Positions 40,711-50,859 of a DNA stretch of 64,000 nucleotides are shown here, one piece after another. A model generated the notes under the pieces. It did no database searches, was not told the DNA's origin, and saw only the letters and a list, made by a program, of their open reading frames with translations. How positions within the stretch are numbered: position 1 is the stretch's first letter; every line of letters begins with the position of its first letter. A program made the position numbers and the translations under genes. The stretch comes from a virus (lineage: Duplodnaviria; Caudoviricetes): the IMG/VR virus record IMGVR_UViG_3300023714_000001; one strand, written 5' to 3'.

Positions 40711-42171
40711 TTACTCCAGGATGCGCTCGGCGTATCCCTTTTTCTTCGTTACAATCTTTTCGGCAATCTCGTCCCAGCTGTGCCGCATGAGCAGCTGGAA
40801 TACAAACACGTTTTTGTGAATAGAATCTGCGCGCTGTATACGCCCATGCCTCTGCGTCTGTTTTGCCGCAGAGTCGGCCAGCTCGAATTCAATCATGTAT
40901 TTCGTAGAACTAAGATTTAAACCGGCCTCCCCACTGTCTGTCAGGAGAAGAATATCGTGTTTATCCAGTGTCTTATGTCTTCGCAACGCTTCGGTGCGTT
41001 CTTCTGCGGAAGAACTTCCCAGGATACAGTCTACTTCAATATTTTTGAGCGTTGCAGACTTCTTAAACTCCCGCTTAAGGATATCCTGAATATGGATAAA
41101 CTTAGAGAAAATACACACCTTTTCTCCGGAAGCGATGATTTTTTCGACCAGTGCTACACAGGTTGAAATCTTACTGGATTCGCTGCCGGTGATGTACTTC
41201 TTGGCCATATTTGACTCAGACATCTGCAGGAGTTCTTCTGTATCAGCCTGCATCTGTGCAAAAGATTGGCGGGCGGCGATGCCATTTTCAAGTGCTTTGA
41301 ACTCGGCATTGTTAGCTAACTGCGCCGGAGTAAATCTGCCATACATAGCTTTCTTTTTCTCCGACAAATCCTCAATCTCTTTCATGAGGATATCATATGC
41401 CGCTGCCTGCTCTTCTGTTGGTTCACAGTACACCTGTCTCACAATCTGCTGCGGCAGCTGATCTGCAATCTGTTCAAAGGTTCGTTTAAAGATATGCGGC
41501 TCAACTATTTTAGCAAGCTGTTCTTCATTCTGCGAACCGGATACTCGGCCATACCAAAACTTAAGATATGTACGATCAAAGTCCCTTTCGCTCGGGAATA
41601 AATCCGGTTTTACAAACGAGAATATCCCAAACAAATCCTTTGGGTTCTTTCTGATAGGGGTGGCAGTGGCGCCAAAACGATACTTTGCATCGTTAAACTC
41701 ATACAATGCTTTTGACCGCTTTGTCGTATTGCTTTTAATACAGTCTACCTCATCCACATACCAGAACTGGATATTCTGTTTATGAAGCATAAAACGCACA
41801 TATTCATCTGTGATAACCTCGTAGTTGACCACAAAGATATCATACTTGTCGATATCGAAAGCTTCGATGAATGCCTGCCGGCGCTCCTCTTTTATGCTAT
41901 CGATTTCTTTTTTGAGCTTATTAATGCTCTTTGCATTTTTGGATAAATCCTCGGAGAGTTTTCCCAGCTTCTTTTCGCGGCTCTTAATACGGGTATTAAA
42001 TCCTTTGGTAAGAGCCTTGAAGGTAAACAAGGGATTGACCCTTAGATTGGTAAATTTGCTCACCTCATCCATCCACTGATTCTTAAGTGCTGCTTTGACT
42101 ACAAACACCCCCTTAAGGTCAGGTGTCTTCTGACGCAGCTCTAGGAACGCCCCGAGGCCGATTGGAGTCTT
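40711..42171 (-). CDS. SNF2-like helicase, exon 2
   Basis: Starts KTPIG. VNYE, VDEVD, ATATPI, GLNL and QRHGRIQR motifs. Confidence 0.88.
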   Translation of the reverse strand, partial: KTPIGLGAFLELRQKTPDLKGVFVVKAALKNQWMDEVSKFTNLRVNPLFTFKALTKGFNTRIKSREKKLGKLSEDLSKNAKSINKLKKEIDSIKEERRQAFIEAFDIDKYDIFVVNYEVITDEYVRFMLHKQNIQFWYVDEVDCIKSNTTKRSKALYEFNDAKYRFGATATPIRKNPKDLFGIFSFVKPDLFPSERDFDRTYLKFWYGRVSGSQNEEQLAKIVEPHIFKRTFEQIADQLPQQIVRQVYCEPTEEQAAAYDILMKEIEDLSEKKKAMYGRFTPAQLANNAEFKALENGIAARQSFAQMQADTEELLQMSESNMAKKYITGSESSKISTCVALVEKIIASGEKVCIFSKFIHIQDILKREFKKSATLKNIEVDCILGSSSAEERTEALRRHKTLDKHDILLLTDSGEAGLNLSSTKYMIEFELADSAAKQTQRHGRIQRADSIHKNVFVFQLLMRHSWDEIAEKIVTKKKGYAERILE

Positions 42172-43527
42172 CGGTTTTGTTATCGACAGGCTTTTTATCC
42201 TGCCTTCTGGAGCATTACGCTCATTTTAACGGCCGGTCAATTCCGGCCCAGCCCAGCGTAACTTTTTACGTTGTGCTTAGCACTATTTCATCTGCAACGT
42301 AGAGCGGCCTCTTGGCAGGATTATTTCACCTGCTACGCGTTGCCCCTGACTAACGAGCATACTCGTTATCACCATGTCACCATGGCTTAGTTACTTCATG
42401 TAACGCCTTCGGTCCGGGTAGGCTTTTAGCCGTAACTAGCTAACTTTACGCCATCCCCGCTTAATTCCACTCTCATCATCTACAGTCTTCTGCAGAATTG
42501 ACTGTAGACGGCAATATGATTGATATACTTTATATTTTCGGTCCAAATAAATATTCGCATTTTCATATATGTGTTTTAGGAAAAGAAAAGATTCATCACG
42601 AGAAAGTATCTTAACATGGTATAGTTCACTTCGTTTATCTTTTGTTATGCTTGATTCTATTTTGACAATCTCTTTTAAATAATCTCTTGTTGCAAGAGCA
42701 AAATGAGTTGACCCCGTAACAAATTCACATCGCACATAATTGCGGTTCCAATAAACCGTGCCGTCACCATCAAAATACCCGCGTACGAAACACCGATACA
42801 TTTCTAGGTTACACAGGTCAGGATACTCTATACTTAAGCTCTTTCGGTTTATACATCCATGAGAAATCAAATCGGCATGCATTTGTCTGTCCTTAAACGA
42901 AACTTTTGCTGCCATATATTCTTTCCCATCAATCGTTAACCGTTTTGAGCTTGTTTTATGTGTGCTGCCAATAGCTTTTTTGAACTTGGTTATGTGAGAC
43001 GCGTCTTGTTTTTTTAATGTTAGCTCAATTTCATTCTTACCGTTAATGTAACCATCAGCCATTAGAAATCCCAGCCAGTATGCTTTTTCCTCTGTATTTA
43101 TATTATGGAAAAATAGACTGTCTATTTTCTTTTTCCCGTCTGGTAATATGTCAATGCTGTAGTATTTTTTTAGTCTTAATGACAATGCCTGCGCATCTAT
43201 TCCAATGCTTTTAGCAACGGTGTTTATTGATTCGCCATCACTGATTCTTTGTAAAGCTATTTTATCATACTTCTCGTTTTTAATCTTTGTTTTTTGGCTA
43301 CTTTTTGAAATACCGAGCCGATTTGCAATTTTGTATATCTGTGTCCGTTTTTGCAATTCAGGATCGTTAATATCTCTTATTATTTCATCTGCAGTCTTAT
43401 TCTGTAAATACAATTCCGTTATGCGTTCATAGTATTTACCAAATTTATTTGAGTGAATATTTGACATTACTCCACCTCTTTTGGGTGGACCGAAAATGCT
43501 ATGTTACATATATCAACCAAGTAATCT
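42172..43527 (-). ncRNA. Group I intron in the SNF2 helicase Walker A (1356 nt), endonuclease near the 5' end
   Basis: Junction GCGGGT|...G|AAG restores LPCGAG|KT. Core GAATTAAGC...CCGAAGGC...TCAGGGGCAACGCGTAG...TACGCT. Confidence 0.88.
42436..43467 (-). CDS. Intron-encoded LAGLIDADG homing endonuclease with an N-terminal HTH-like region
   Basis: YWLGFLMADG and FVRGYFDGDG. The ORF 3' end overlaps the ribozyme core. Confidence 0.88.
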   Translation of the reverse strand: MSNIHSNKFGKYYERITELYLQNKTADEIIRDINDPELQKRTQIYKIANRLGISKSSQKTKIKNEKYDKIALQRISDGESINTVAKSIGIDAQALSLRLKKYYSIDILPDGKKKIDSLFFHNINTEEKAYWLGFLMADGYINGKNEIELTLKKQDASHITKFKKAIGSTHKTSSKRLTIDGKEYMAAKVSFKDRQMHADLISHGCINRKSLSIEYPDLCNLEMYRCFVRGYFDGDGTVYWNRNYVRCEFVTGSTHFALATRDYLKEIVKIESSITKDKRSELYHVKILSRDESFLFLKHIYENANIYLDRKYKVYQSYCRLQSILQKTVDDESGIKRGWRKVS

Positions 43528-43821
43528 ACCCGCTCCACATGGGAGCTGTATTACTCCATACCCCTTATCGGAGCAAAATGCAATCGCCTGCCGTTGGTAG
43601 TCATACGGCTTAAGCTTTAAAAGCTCTCCCGTTTCTGGATTGTTGAACTTATCGTTGATTTTCTGCGCCTCTACAGACGAACAGTACCAACTTTTTTTCT
43701 TCTCATCGTAAAACTTTTCTGGGAGACTACTAAGGAACTTCGCGTATTCCATGTATTCTGGTATCGAATTCCCCGTGTACTTGATATAGTAGTATTCGCC
43801 ATTTTTCTCGAGTTCGATCAT
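43528..43821 (-). CDS. SNF2-like helicase, exon 1 (spliced protein about 584 aa)
   Basis: Q motif PYDYQ; ends LPCGAG. Confidence 0.85.
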
Positions 43822-43902
43822 TTCTGGTAATTCACTTCCTTTTTTGCAAGAAAAGCCCCGTCACCAGACGAGGCCTCTCTAGGTAGTGTTAATTAGATTT
43901 CC

Positions 43903-44376
43903 TCACTGTACGCTAAGCGTATACAGTGTACCCCTTCCCGCGTACACATTATGTTCTTCGCTCTCATAATGCATCTTATTCGCGGACAGAGCTTCGTACG
44001 CAATCTCTAAGGCCAGCATGGCATCTCTGGAAACGCCGCATTGAGTTGAAAGCGCGTCTGTCATTTTATCAAATACGTCACCGCCGGAGGATAATGCTTT
44101 CGCATACGGAGCTATAACCCAGTAAATGTTCGCATTCGGCATTGGGGAAATCTTATTAAAGATATACTCCCTTTCACGGAGCTTTATCATGGAAGATACA
44201 ATTTCTTCCCAATCGACTCCGTATGCTTCGCATTCAGCCAACGCCTCTTCGCTGGCTGCAGGCGAACCATTATCGCCACAATTTGCGAAATAGAACATAA
44301 AACTGTCAAGCTCCTCCTCGCTCAGTCCGTTCAGAAACTCCACTTTCTTTGCTAACACTTCGATTTCCTTCACCAA
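43903..44376 (-). CDS. Hypothetical protein
   Basis: GGAGG RBS and ORF. Confidence 0.55.
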   Translation of the reverse strand: MVKEIEVLAKKVEFLNGLSEEELDSFMFYFANCGDNGSPAASEEALAECEAYGVDWEEIVSSMIKLREREYIFNKISPMPNANIYWVIAPYAKALSSGGDVFDKMTDALSTQCGVSRDAMLALEIAYEALSANKMHYESEEHNVYAGRGTLYTLSVQ

Positions 44377-44424
44377 TTTAGGGCTTCCTCCTTGTTGTCC
44401 CCCAGGTTAAGGAAGTATATGGAA

Positions 44425-45753
44425 TTATGCTTTCATGGTCATCGTGTTCAGTATTGAATGCGTTGTGTCAACTGTTACCTCGGACATTTTACGCATAGCG
44501 CGTCCTTGATTTGAGGGGGTAACGTTATCCATAAGAATACTGTAAACCTGACTGTTAAAGCGATCCATCACAGCCTCAACTCTACCCTTTACAGTCTTTT
44601 TGAAAGCTTTGTAATCTTTGATGTTCTCTGCAAAGACCTGCTGATCTCTTTTTAGCTTTTCGTTTTCGTCGGACAATTTTTTTATCTGACCTTCAACGAT
44701 TTTCATGGCTTCGAGCTTTTCATTTTGCTCAGATATCTGCTTCTTTTGCTGAGAAACATTTTCGCGCACATTGGACAGCTCTTTTCCCTGTTGAGCTATC
44801 TTTTCTTTTAACTGGTCGATCTGTTTTAGCAGTTCCAGTTTTTCTTTGTGAAAGTGCGCCTGTTGCCTGCGGTCATAATTTAATATGCCGCCAAGCAAAG
44901 ATTCAAGAGACTTCCCTTCAAGACCTTCATCAGCCTGAGTATCGTAAAATTCACATTCTCTAGTACTGGAGCCGTCCTCTTTAAGGAATTTTTTCACATT
45001 CCCTTCTAAGGCGTCCGTCTCCTTCTTAGAGACCTCTAATATAGTAACATTCCCTTGGTCGCTTGTCAAGTCCTTTTGGGGACTATAGTCACCCTGTAAC
45101 CTTTCAAAGTCCACATTTATCACAGATTCGTTAGCACTATTTCTGGTTTTGTGAACACAGAATAAGCACTTTCGATCCTCGAATCTGCCCTTATAGGATA
45201 ATAGCCCTATATCTACCAGATTCTTCAAAAACATATTAACAACGCTTTTTGATTCACGAGTGTATGCCATTAACCGGGGTCTTTCTATGGTATGATAAAT
45301 TTCATAATCCTTTGTTGCGATTAAAATGGTATCCAAAATGGTTAATATTTTCATAATGGCGACTTTTCCTTCGTAGCCGTCATATCCTATTTTTTTCGCG
45401 TTGTTAACGACTTCATCAATAGTCACTTGCTCTAGTTTGCGAAAATTCTTTTCCGTAAACTTGTAATTGATAAAATCTTCTTCCGACTGGATTTTTGTGA
45501 ATGTCATAGTAGACTTTTCGCGTCTAATGCCTCGTTGACTAAGATCCAGCTCGGGAATAATCATTTTGCCTGTAAAAGGCAATATTCTACGAACATACAT
45601 AGCCTTTCGGTCATTAGAGATAACATTGTTCTTATCGAATAATTCGTACAGGGTTTTGTTTGTTAGAAACGTTTTTTTACCGGGGACTAAATGGGCCGCT
45701 ACAACATTAGCTAATGCGTCGACATTCATTTTATTTTCCATCACAAATCTCAT
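44425..45753 (-). CDS. Hypothetical protein with a possible winged helix and C-terminal coiled coil
   Basis: FLKNLVDIGLLSY and heptad repeats. Confidence 0.55.
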   Translation of the reverse strand: MRFVMENKMNVDALANVVAAHLVPGKKTFLTNKTLYELFDKNNVISNDRKAMYVRRILPFTGKMIIPELDLSQRGIRREKSTMTFTKIQSEEDFINYKFTEKNFRKLEQVTIDEVVNNAKKIGYDGYEGKVAIMKILTILDTILIATKDYEIYHTIERPRLMAYTRESKSVVNMFLKNLVDIGLLSYKGRFEDRKCLFCVHKTRNSANESVINVDFERLQGDYSPQKDLTSDQGNVTILEVSKKETDALEGNVKKFLKEDGSSTRECEFYDTQADEGLEGKSLESLLGGILNYDRRQQAHFHKEKLELLKQIDQLKEKIAQQGKELSNVRENVSQQKKQISEQNEKLEAMKIVEGQIKKLSDENEKLKRDQQVFAENIKDYKAFKKTVKGRVEAVMDRFNSQVYSILMDNVTPSNQGRAMRKMSEVTVDTTHSILNTMTMKA

Positions 45754-45786
45754 CCTCTCAGTTTATGTCCCCGAAGCTATAAGTGA

Positions 45787-47613
45787 TTAAGCGCACACAT
45801 CCATATACTGGCTATCGATTTGCTTGATAAATGGTGAAGGGGCTATCGCCCGCGTTCTCCCGTTCTGCATAATGGTCTGTGTGCTGCAAATAACAAGATA
45901 TTCTTCTGCCCTTGTCATTGCAACATAAAAGAGTCTCCGTTCCTCTTCTACGTCTTTTTCACCTTTACATCTCCAACTCGGGATAATCCCCTCATTTGCC
46001 CCGATAATGAACACCATGCGAAACTCCAATCCCTTTGACGCATGCATAGTCATTAATGTCACTTTGTTTTCCGAGTCCTGAGAATCTTTGTCAGCGGCGT
46101 TGGTGAGTAGATCTTCAAGAAATTCGCCCATGTCGAAATAAGTACTTGCAATATTTTCCAGTTCCCTAATGTTCTTGACTCTATCCTGATAAGCTTCTTC
46201 GTTTTTTTCAGACTTCTTCAAGAAGTTTAAATAATCGAAAGTAACCAGGACTTTTTCAATTACATCTTTAGGTCTGGCTTCGCTATCTTCTAACCACTGA
46301 CTAATAGCTTCGAGTTTGCCAATGAACGCTGTAAGCTTGGCTTTTCTGGAAACTTCTTCCTTAATTTTGTTCAAGCACATAATCGCTACGTTCAAATCTA
46401 TCATAGCATGAGACTTGAAATTTTGCAATAGCAAATCGGTAATTAGCTCAATTGACTTATCACCTAATCCGCTTGCATGGGCTTCCAAAACCCTTCTCAA
46501 ACTACTTGCGTTAGCCGGGTTGTGGATAAAATCTAGGAAGCTGAGAATATCCCGAATTTCCTTACGACGATAGAAGGATACTCCGCCAACCATGGTATAC
46601 GGCACTTTCAGTTTTAGGAAAGCATCCTCGATATTACGAGACTGATACGATGTGCGATATAAAATCGCAATGTCACCATATTTCATGGCGCCGTTGTTTA
46701 CCAACTTACTTATGGTAGAAGCTACAAACTGAGCCTGTGCTTCTGGTGTAAGTTTTTCGGCATATACAATCTTCTCACCCACAGCATTCTCGGAGAAAAT
46801 ATGTTTCTCGTCCGGGCGATGATTATACCGAATAAGGCTTTGTGCTGCGTTTACAATTGTTTGAGTAGAACGATAGTTCTGCTCTAAAAAGAAATTCTTA
46901 TGCTTCACCTTATTGACCGTGCCAAAAAGCTTGTCAATATCTGCGCCGCGGAAGCCATATATGCACTGATCGCTGTCGCCCACGAGACAAAGGTTCTTTG
47001 TGTTAGGGTTTGTCAATAAAAACAAAAACTTCACATCAAGGGTACTAGAATCTTGGATCTCGTCGGCCAGTATATATTTAAACCGTTCGTGGATAATTTC
47101 GCGCACTTCGGCGTTCTTCTCCAGAATGGTAGTCATGTTAAAAAGCAAGTCGTCAAAATCCATGGCATTCTGCTGACGCAGACGTGCCTGATACTTCATA
47201 TACACTTGCACAGCGTTCTTACTGGAAGGAGCATCGCCATATTTAATATTGGCCTGTTCCGGCGTAAGGTGTTCTCCTTTGAATTTAGAAATCCACCAAA
47301 GCGATACTGCCGGCTTATCATTAAGCTCCATGGATTTATGAATCTTACTGACGATTGCTTCCTGATCATCAGGATCTATGATCGAAAAGGTGTCTTTATA
47401 CCCAAGATACGAGCAGAAGCGGCGCAGCTGCCTTGCACAAAAACTGTGGTACGTGCTCACGGTTACGCCACGGGCCTCATCACCAATAGCCTTCATGACT
47501 CTGGTGTGTACTTCATTTGCAGCTTTCTTAGTAAAAGAAAACGCAAGGATATTGGTAGGTTTGACACCGCATTCGATCATATATGCAATCTTCTTTACGA
47601 GGGTCGCGGTTTT
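45787..47613 (-). CDS. pcrA: UvrD/PcrA SF1 helicase, exon 2
   Basis: FTKKAA, DEIQD, VGDSDQCIYGFRGA, QNYRS, HASKGLEF and EERRLFYVAMTRA motifs. Confidence 0.92.
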   Translation of the reverse strand, partial: KTATLVKKIAYMIECGVKPTNILAFSFTKKAANEVHTRVMKAIGDEARGVTVSTYHSFCARQLRRFCSYLGYKDTFSIIDPDDQEAIVSKIHKSMELNDKPAVSLWWISKFKGEHLTPEQANIKYGDAPSSKNAVQVYMKYQARLRQQNAMDFDDLLFNMTTILEKNAEVREIIHERFKYILADEIQDSSTLDVKFLFLLTNPNTKNLCLVGDSDQCIYGFRGADIDKLFGTVNKVKHKNFFLEQNYRSTQTIVNAAQSLIRYNHRPDEKHIFSENAVGEKIVYAEKLTPEAQAQFVASTISKLVNNGAMKYGDIAILYRTSYQSRNIEDAFLKLKVPYTMVGGVSFYRRKEIRDILSFLDFIHNPANASSLRRVLEAHASGLGDKSIELITDLLLQNFKSHAMIDLNVAIMCLNKIKEEVSRKAKLTAFIGKLEAISQWLEDSEARPKDVIEKVLVTFDYLNFLKKSEKNEEAYQDRVKNIRELENIASTYFDMGEFLEDLLTNAADKDSQDSENKVTLMTMHASKGLEFRMVFIIGANEGIIPSWRCKGEKDVEEERRLFYVAMTRAEEYLVICSTQTIMQNGRTRAIAPSPFIKQIDSQYMDVCA

Positions 47614-47963
47614 CTGATTGTTATTAACCCCGTGGCTTTTTATCCACGGCTCTGGGGCTTGCGCCCATTTTCATCGACTGGTCTTTTCCAGTCCAGCATA
47701 GCGTACCTTTTGCATATAGCCTGTAATTAGGTAAAGTTGCAAATATGGATCGGCCTCGTGGGGTATTATATTTTTTCAACCCTACGCGTTGCGCCTGACC
47801 AGTAGGCATTTTCATACCTTACTGTCAACTATGTCACCATAGTCTAGCCATTTTTACATGGCGCCTTCGGACTCTGATTAGGTCTATGACCCTCCCAGCT
47901 TAATTCCGACCTCTTAATCCTAAGACTTCATGCAACCTTTGTCTTAGGACGGCAATATTATTT
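47614..47963 (-). ncRNA. ORF-less group I intron in the UvrD Walker A (350 nt)
   Basis: Junction GCGGGT|...G|AAA restores SAGPGAG|KT. Core is homologous to the SNF2 intron. Confidence 0.88.
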
Positions 47964-48116
47964 ACCCGCGCCCGGTCCGGCGCTAACCATTGAAAAACCC
48001 TCATAATCTTGTGCTACCTGTCTCTGTGCCGGATTTAATCCGTCCAGAATCTTCTCCTTACGCTCATTAATTTGCTGCGCAGGAGTACAAAAATCATCTT
48101 CATTCATGAAGCCCAA
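47964..48116 (-). CDS. pcrA: UvrD/PcrA helicase, exon 1 (absent from the ORF track; spliced protein about 659 aa)
   Basis: AGGAGG RBS; ILDGLNPAQRQV...MVSAGPGAG. Confidence 0.88.
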
Positions 48117-48173
48117 TGCTTCAACCTCCTATCTCAATCTATATTAAAGGCGGACGAAAATCCGCCCGCCTGC

Positions 48174-48368
48174 TTACTTACCCACGTTAATGTGTACGTC
48201 CGGGCCATTATCCCAGTATTCAGGTTTCTTATCATCCGATTTTACGGAGCCGCCCAAACCGACAGTCAGTGCTTCGGTTACTTTCGTGCATTCCTGGCCG
48301 GTGATGCCAAAAGTCTCAATGGTCACTTCATTCGTACCGTTTTTGATAGTGAATTCTACTTCTTTCAT
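48174..48368 (-). CDS. DUF2997-like protein
   Basis: GITGQECTKVTEAL...KPEY. Confidence 0.7.
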   Translation of the reverse strand: MKEVEFTIKNGTNEVTIETFGITGQECTKVTEALTVGLGGSVKSDDKKPEYWDNGPDVHINVGK

Positions 48369-48440
48369 ACTATTTCGTTCCTCCAATCTAAAAAAAGATA
48401 TAATAAGGGCGGCGCCGTAACACCGCCCACATCAACAGAA

Positions 48441-48842
48441 TCAGCCTGCCAGCGCGAAACGCATAACGACGTCACCGTTTTCTTTCACTTCGCGGCGCAC
48501 CGGAATCATGTTCTGTGCCTTGGCGATCTGCTCAATCTTAACCTGGCTGTACTCACGAGTGAGCTTCTTCACAAAATCGTGCGCATCCAAACCACGATAA
48601 TCTTCGCCGCCGACGGTCATAGCCACTTTGTTGTCTTTCTTCTGAACAAAGTTGAAGCGCAGGTTGCTCGGCGTGCCGGCAATCAACAAAGCTGCATTGT
48701 TCTGGCCAAAAGAAGGTACACCCGGCAAATCCTTGAGCATCTTTACCGTATAGCGTTTATCCATGCGGTGAAGTGCTTCTTTTACCAGCGGCACCTGAAC
48801 ATCTTCCAGAGCCTTGACATTGATAGTTGCGTAATGAGACAT
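48441..48842 (-). CDS. DUF1257 (Ycf35-like) protein
   Basis: MSHYATI N-terminus, LTREYS, ENGDV. Confidence 0.65.
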   Translation of the reverse strand: MSHYATINVKALEDVQVPLVKEALHRMDKRYTVKMLKDLPGVPSFGQNNAALLIAGTPSNLRFNFVQKKDNKVAMTVGGEDYRGLDAHDFVKKLTREYSQVKIEQIAKAQNMIPVRREVKENGDVVMRFALAG

Positions 48843-49198
48843 TAAGCATTCATTCCTTTCTTTTCATTAAAAGATTGTTTTATTAAGAGCAACAGGTCTT
48901 TCCTGTCTGTCTTAAACTGATTTGGTTCATCCTCCTGAAACTGACAGTTCTCCATGAGTCTGTATCCATACTGCAGTGTGCTCAGTGAGGTTAAAACAGA
49001 GTTTGCGATTAACGCTTTTAAGAAGGGGTACTTATCACATATAGGAGTTAACGCTTCAATATGTTCATTCACCTGCATAAGTACCTGTTCGGCTTCTGAT
49101 ACCATGGCGTCCATTTCCGCCACAGTTAATCCCATGGCCTCACACGTTTCCCTTTCCTCCTGAAAAGTCTTTTTAGTTTCTTCGTTTAGTACAAACAA
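48842..49198 (-). CDS. Hypothetical protein
   Basis: ORF coupled within the operon. Confidence 0.5.
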   Translation of the reverse strand: MFVLNEETKKTFQEERETCEAMGLTVAEMDAMVSEAEQVLMQVNEHIEALTPICDKYPFLKALIANSVLTSLSTLQYGYRLMENCQFQEDEPNQFKTDRKDLLLLIKQSFNEKKGMNA

Positions 49199-49224
49199 AC
49201 AGGCATCATCACCTTTCTAGAGTG

Positions 49225-50859
49225 TCACGCCGAACAAGCCCGGAGAGCCTGCTTCATACGTTTTTCCGCTTTCGCATCAAGCGGCGCGGATTTTTTATTT
49301 TCAGAAGAAGTAGACGGAATGTTATGCTCCTTGGCATATTTTTCCAATTCTTCAACTTCTTCAGGGTTAGCTTTATATACCGGCGTAACCTGGCTTACAC
49401 CATCCAAAATAAGGAACTGTGTAATCTCACTGTTACGTAAGAAAGCCTGACGGACAATATTCTTTACTGCCGTCTTAATTTCGGCGCCGGTAAATTTCTC
49501 GGTAATGCGGGCGGCATAGTCCAGCAGATCGTTAGAGACAGTTTTGCCCTTTTCGCTAAAATAGATATTCAGAATATCCTTGCGTTCAGCTTCCGTGGGG
49601 AAGGAGAAATACCATTTGGTATCCAATCGGCCTGCACGGGTAAGCGCAGCTGGAAGCTTCGAAATATCATTTGCAGTAAGGATATAAAACTGCTGCGTAT
49701 TGGAGTTAAGGTTCTGAAGCACCACATCAAACACGCGTTTAATCGTTCCGCCATCACTTATCGTAGCAGAACTGTCGCAGCCACTGAACTGTTTATCTGC
49801 CTCGTCAATTAACACGACACAACGGCCAATGGATCTTATGGTGTCAAATGCAGCTCGGGCCGTCTGCTCTGATTGACCAACAATACCGCCCATAATCTTG
49901 GATAAGTCAAAAATGATGAGTGGTACACCAAAATAGTCCGCGATAGCTTCTGCCATGGCCGTCTTGCCTGTACCCGGCTGCCCGGCAGCTAAATAGCCCT
50001 GGCATTCATCCACGCCAAATGCTTTTGCTTCCGGAGTCATGCAACGCTTCGCTTCCCGAATCCACTGTTTGAGCATATTGTGGCCGCCGACAGTTTCCAG
50101 CGTCTTCTGAGGCTCCACATAAGTTAAGACATTGCTCTGCTTAACTACTTCAATGCGCACATTGTTGATTACTTTTGCAGATAAAGTGCCTGTTTTTTCC
50201 CAGGAATCATCCAATGCGTGCTTGAGCTGAAGAGTGGTAAGACCGGTAGCCGCCCGCGCAGCTCCCAGAGCTTCTTCCTTTTTAACCATGCGTCCGGTTT
50301 TCTTAAGCCACTGACAAATCTGCAGGAAGTTCTCCTGCTCATTCATCAGCGGAAGTTCTACCGTTGTGGTGAAGTCTCGGAGCATTTCCGGCACGTTTCT
50401 TGATGGTGAAATCATTACAAGCGGATGATATGCCCCCTGTTCATGGATTTTTCTTGCACATAAGTCAAATACCGCCCGCTGAGTAACTGTTGATGTAAAA
50501 ACGTCTTCCGCGTTGCGAATAACGAGCATTACATTTTCAGGCGCATCCCTGAGCATGGAAAAAGCAGCATTGATATTAGGAAGCATTTCCGGATATTGGG
50601 ATCCACCTCCTTCTTCTGCAAACATATCATCCAGATTCTGATTCTGTGCAAGCATGGAACGGCGCAGCGTAATCGGATCCATGTGGAAACCTCCGGTATT
50701 TGCCACATAGTAATAATACTTGGACAAATCCATTTTTGCCGCAATATGTACGGCTGCCTTTTCCGCTAACTCCTCCTCTCTGGTAGCTATCCAAATCAAG
50801 GGAGTTTTTATGCGATAGAGGTGTTCAAGTTCTTGGCTAAGATTTTCTAAATATTTCAA
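49225..50859 (-). CDS. AAA+ ATPase (Ycf46-like)
   Basis: VGGHNMLKQW, GQPGTGKT, IDEADK, TAN, RAGRLD and FTGAEI motifs. Confidence 0.85.
   Translation of the reverse strand: MKYLENLSQELEHLYRIKTPLIWIATREEELAEKAAVHIAAKMDLSKYYYYVANTGGFHMDPITLRRSMLAQNQNLDDMFAEEGGGSQYPEMLPNINAAFSMLRDAPENVMLVIRNAEDVFTSTVTQRAVFDLCARKIHEQGAYHPLVMISPSRNVPEMLRDFTTTVELPLMNEQENFLQICQWLKKTGRMVKKEEALGAARAATGLTTLQLKHALDDSWEKTGTLSAKVINNVRIEVVKQSNVLTYVEPQKTLETVGGHNMLKQWIREAKRCMTPEAKAFGVDECQGYLAAGQPGTGKTAMAEAIADYFGVPLIIFDLSKIMGGIVGQSEQTARAAFDTIRSIGRCVVLIDEADKQFSGCDSSATISDGGTIKRVFDVVLQNLNSNTQQFYILTANDISKLPAALTRAGRLDTKWYFSFPTEAERKDILNIYFSEKGKTVSNDLLDYAARITEKFTGAEIKTAVKNIVRQAFLRNSEITQFLILDGVSQVTPVYKANPEEVEELEKYAKEHNIPSTSSENKKSAPLDAKAEKRMKQALRACSA

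Noticed and set aside
26047-43527. Inteins as the explanation for the split rtcB and helicase genes
   Set aside because: The inserts contain in-frame stops, separate RBSs and group I core elements with U/G splice boundaries.
47624-47815. 63-aa ORF inside the UvrD intron
   Set aside because: It runs through structural core elements, with no convincing RBS or motif.
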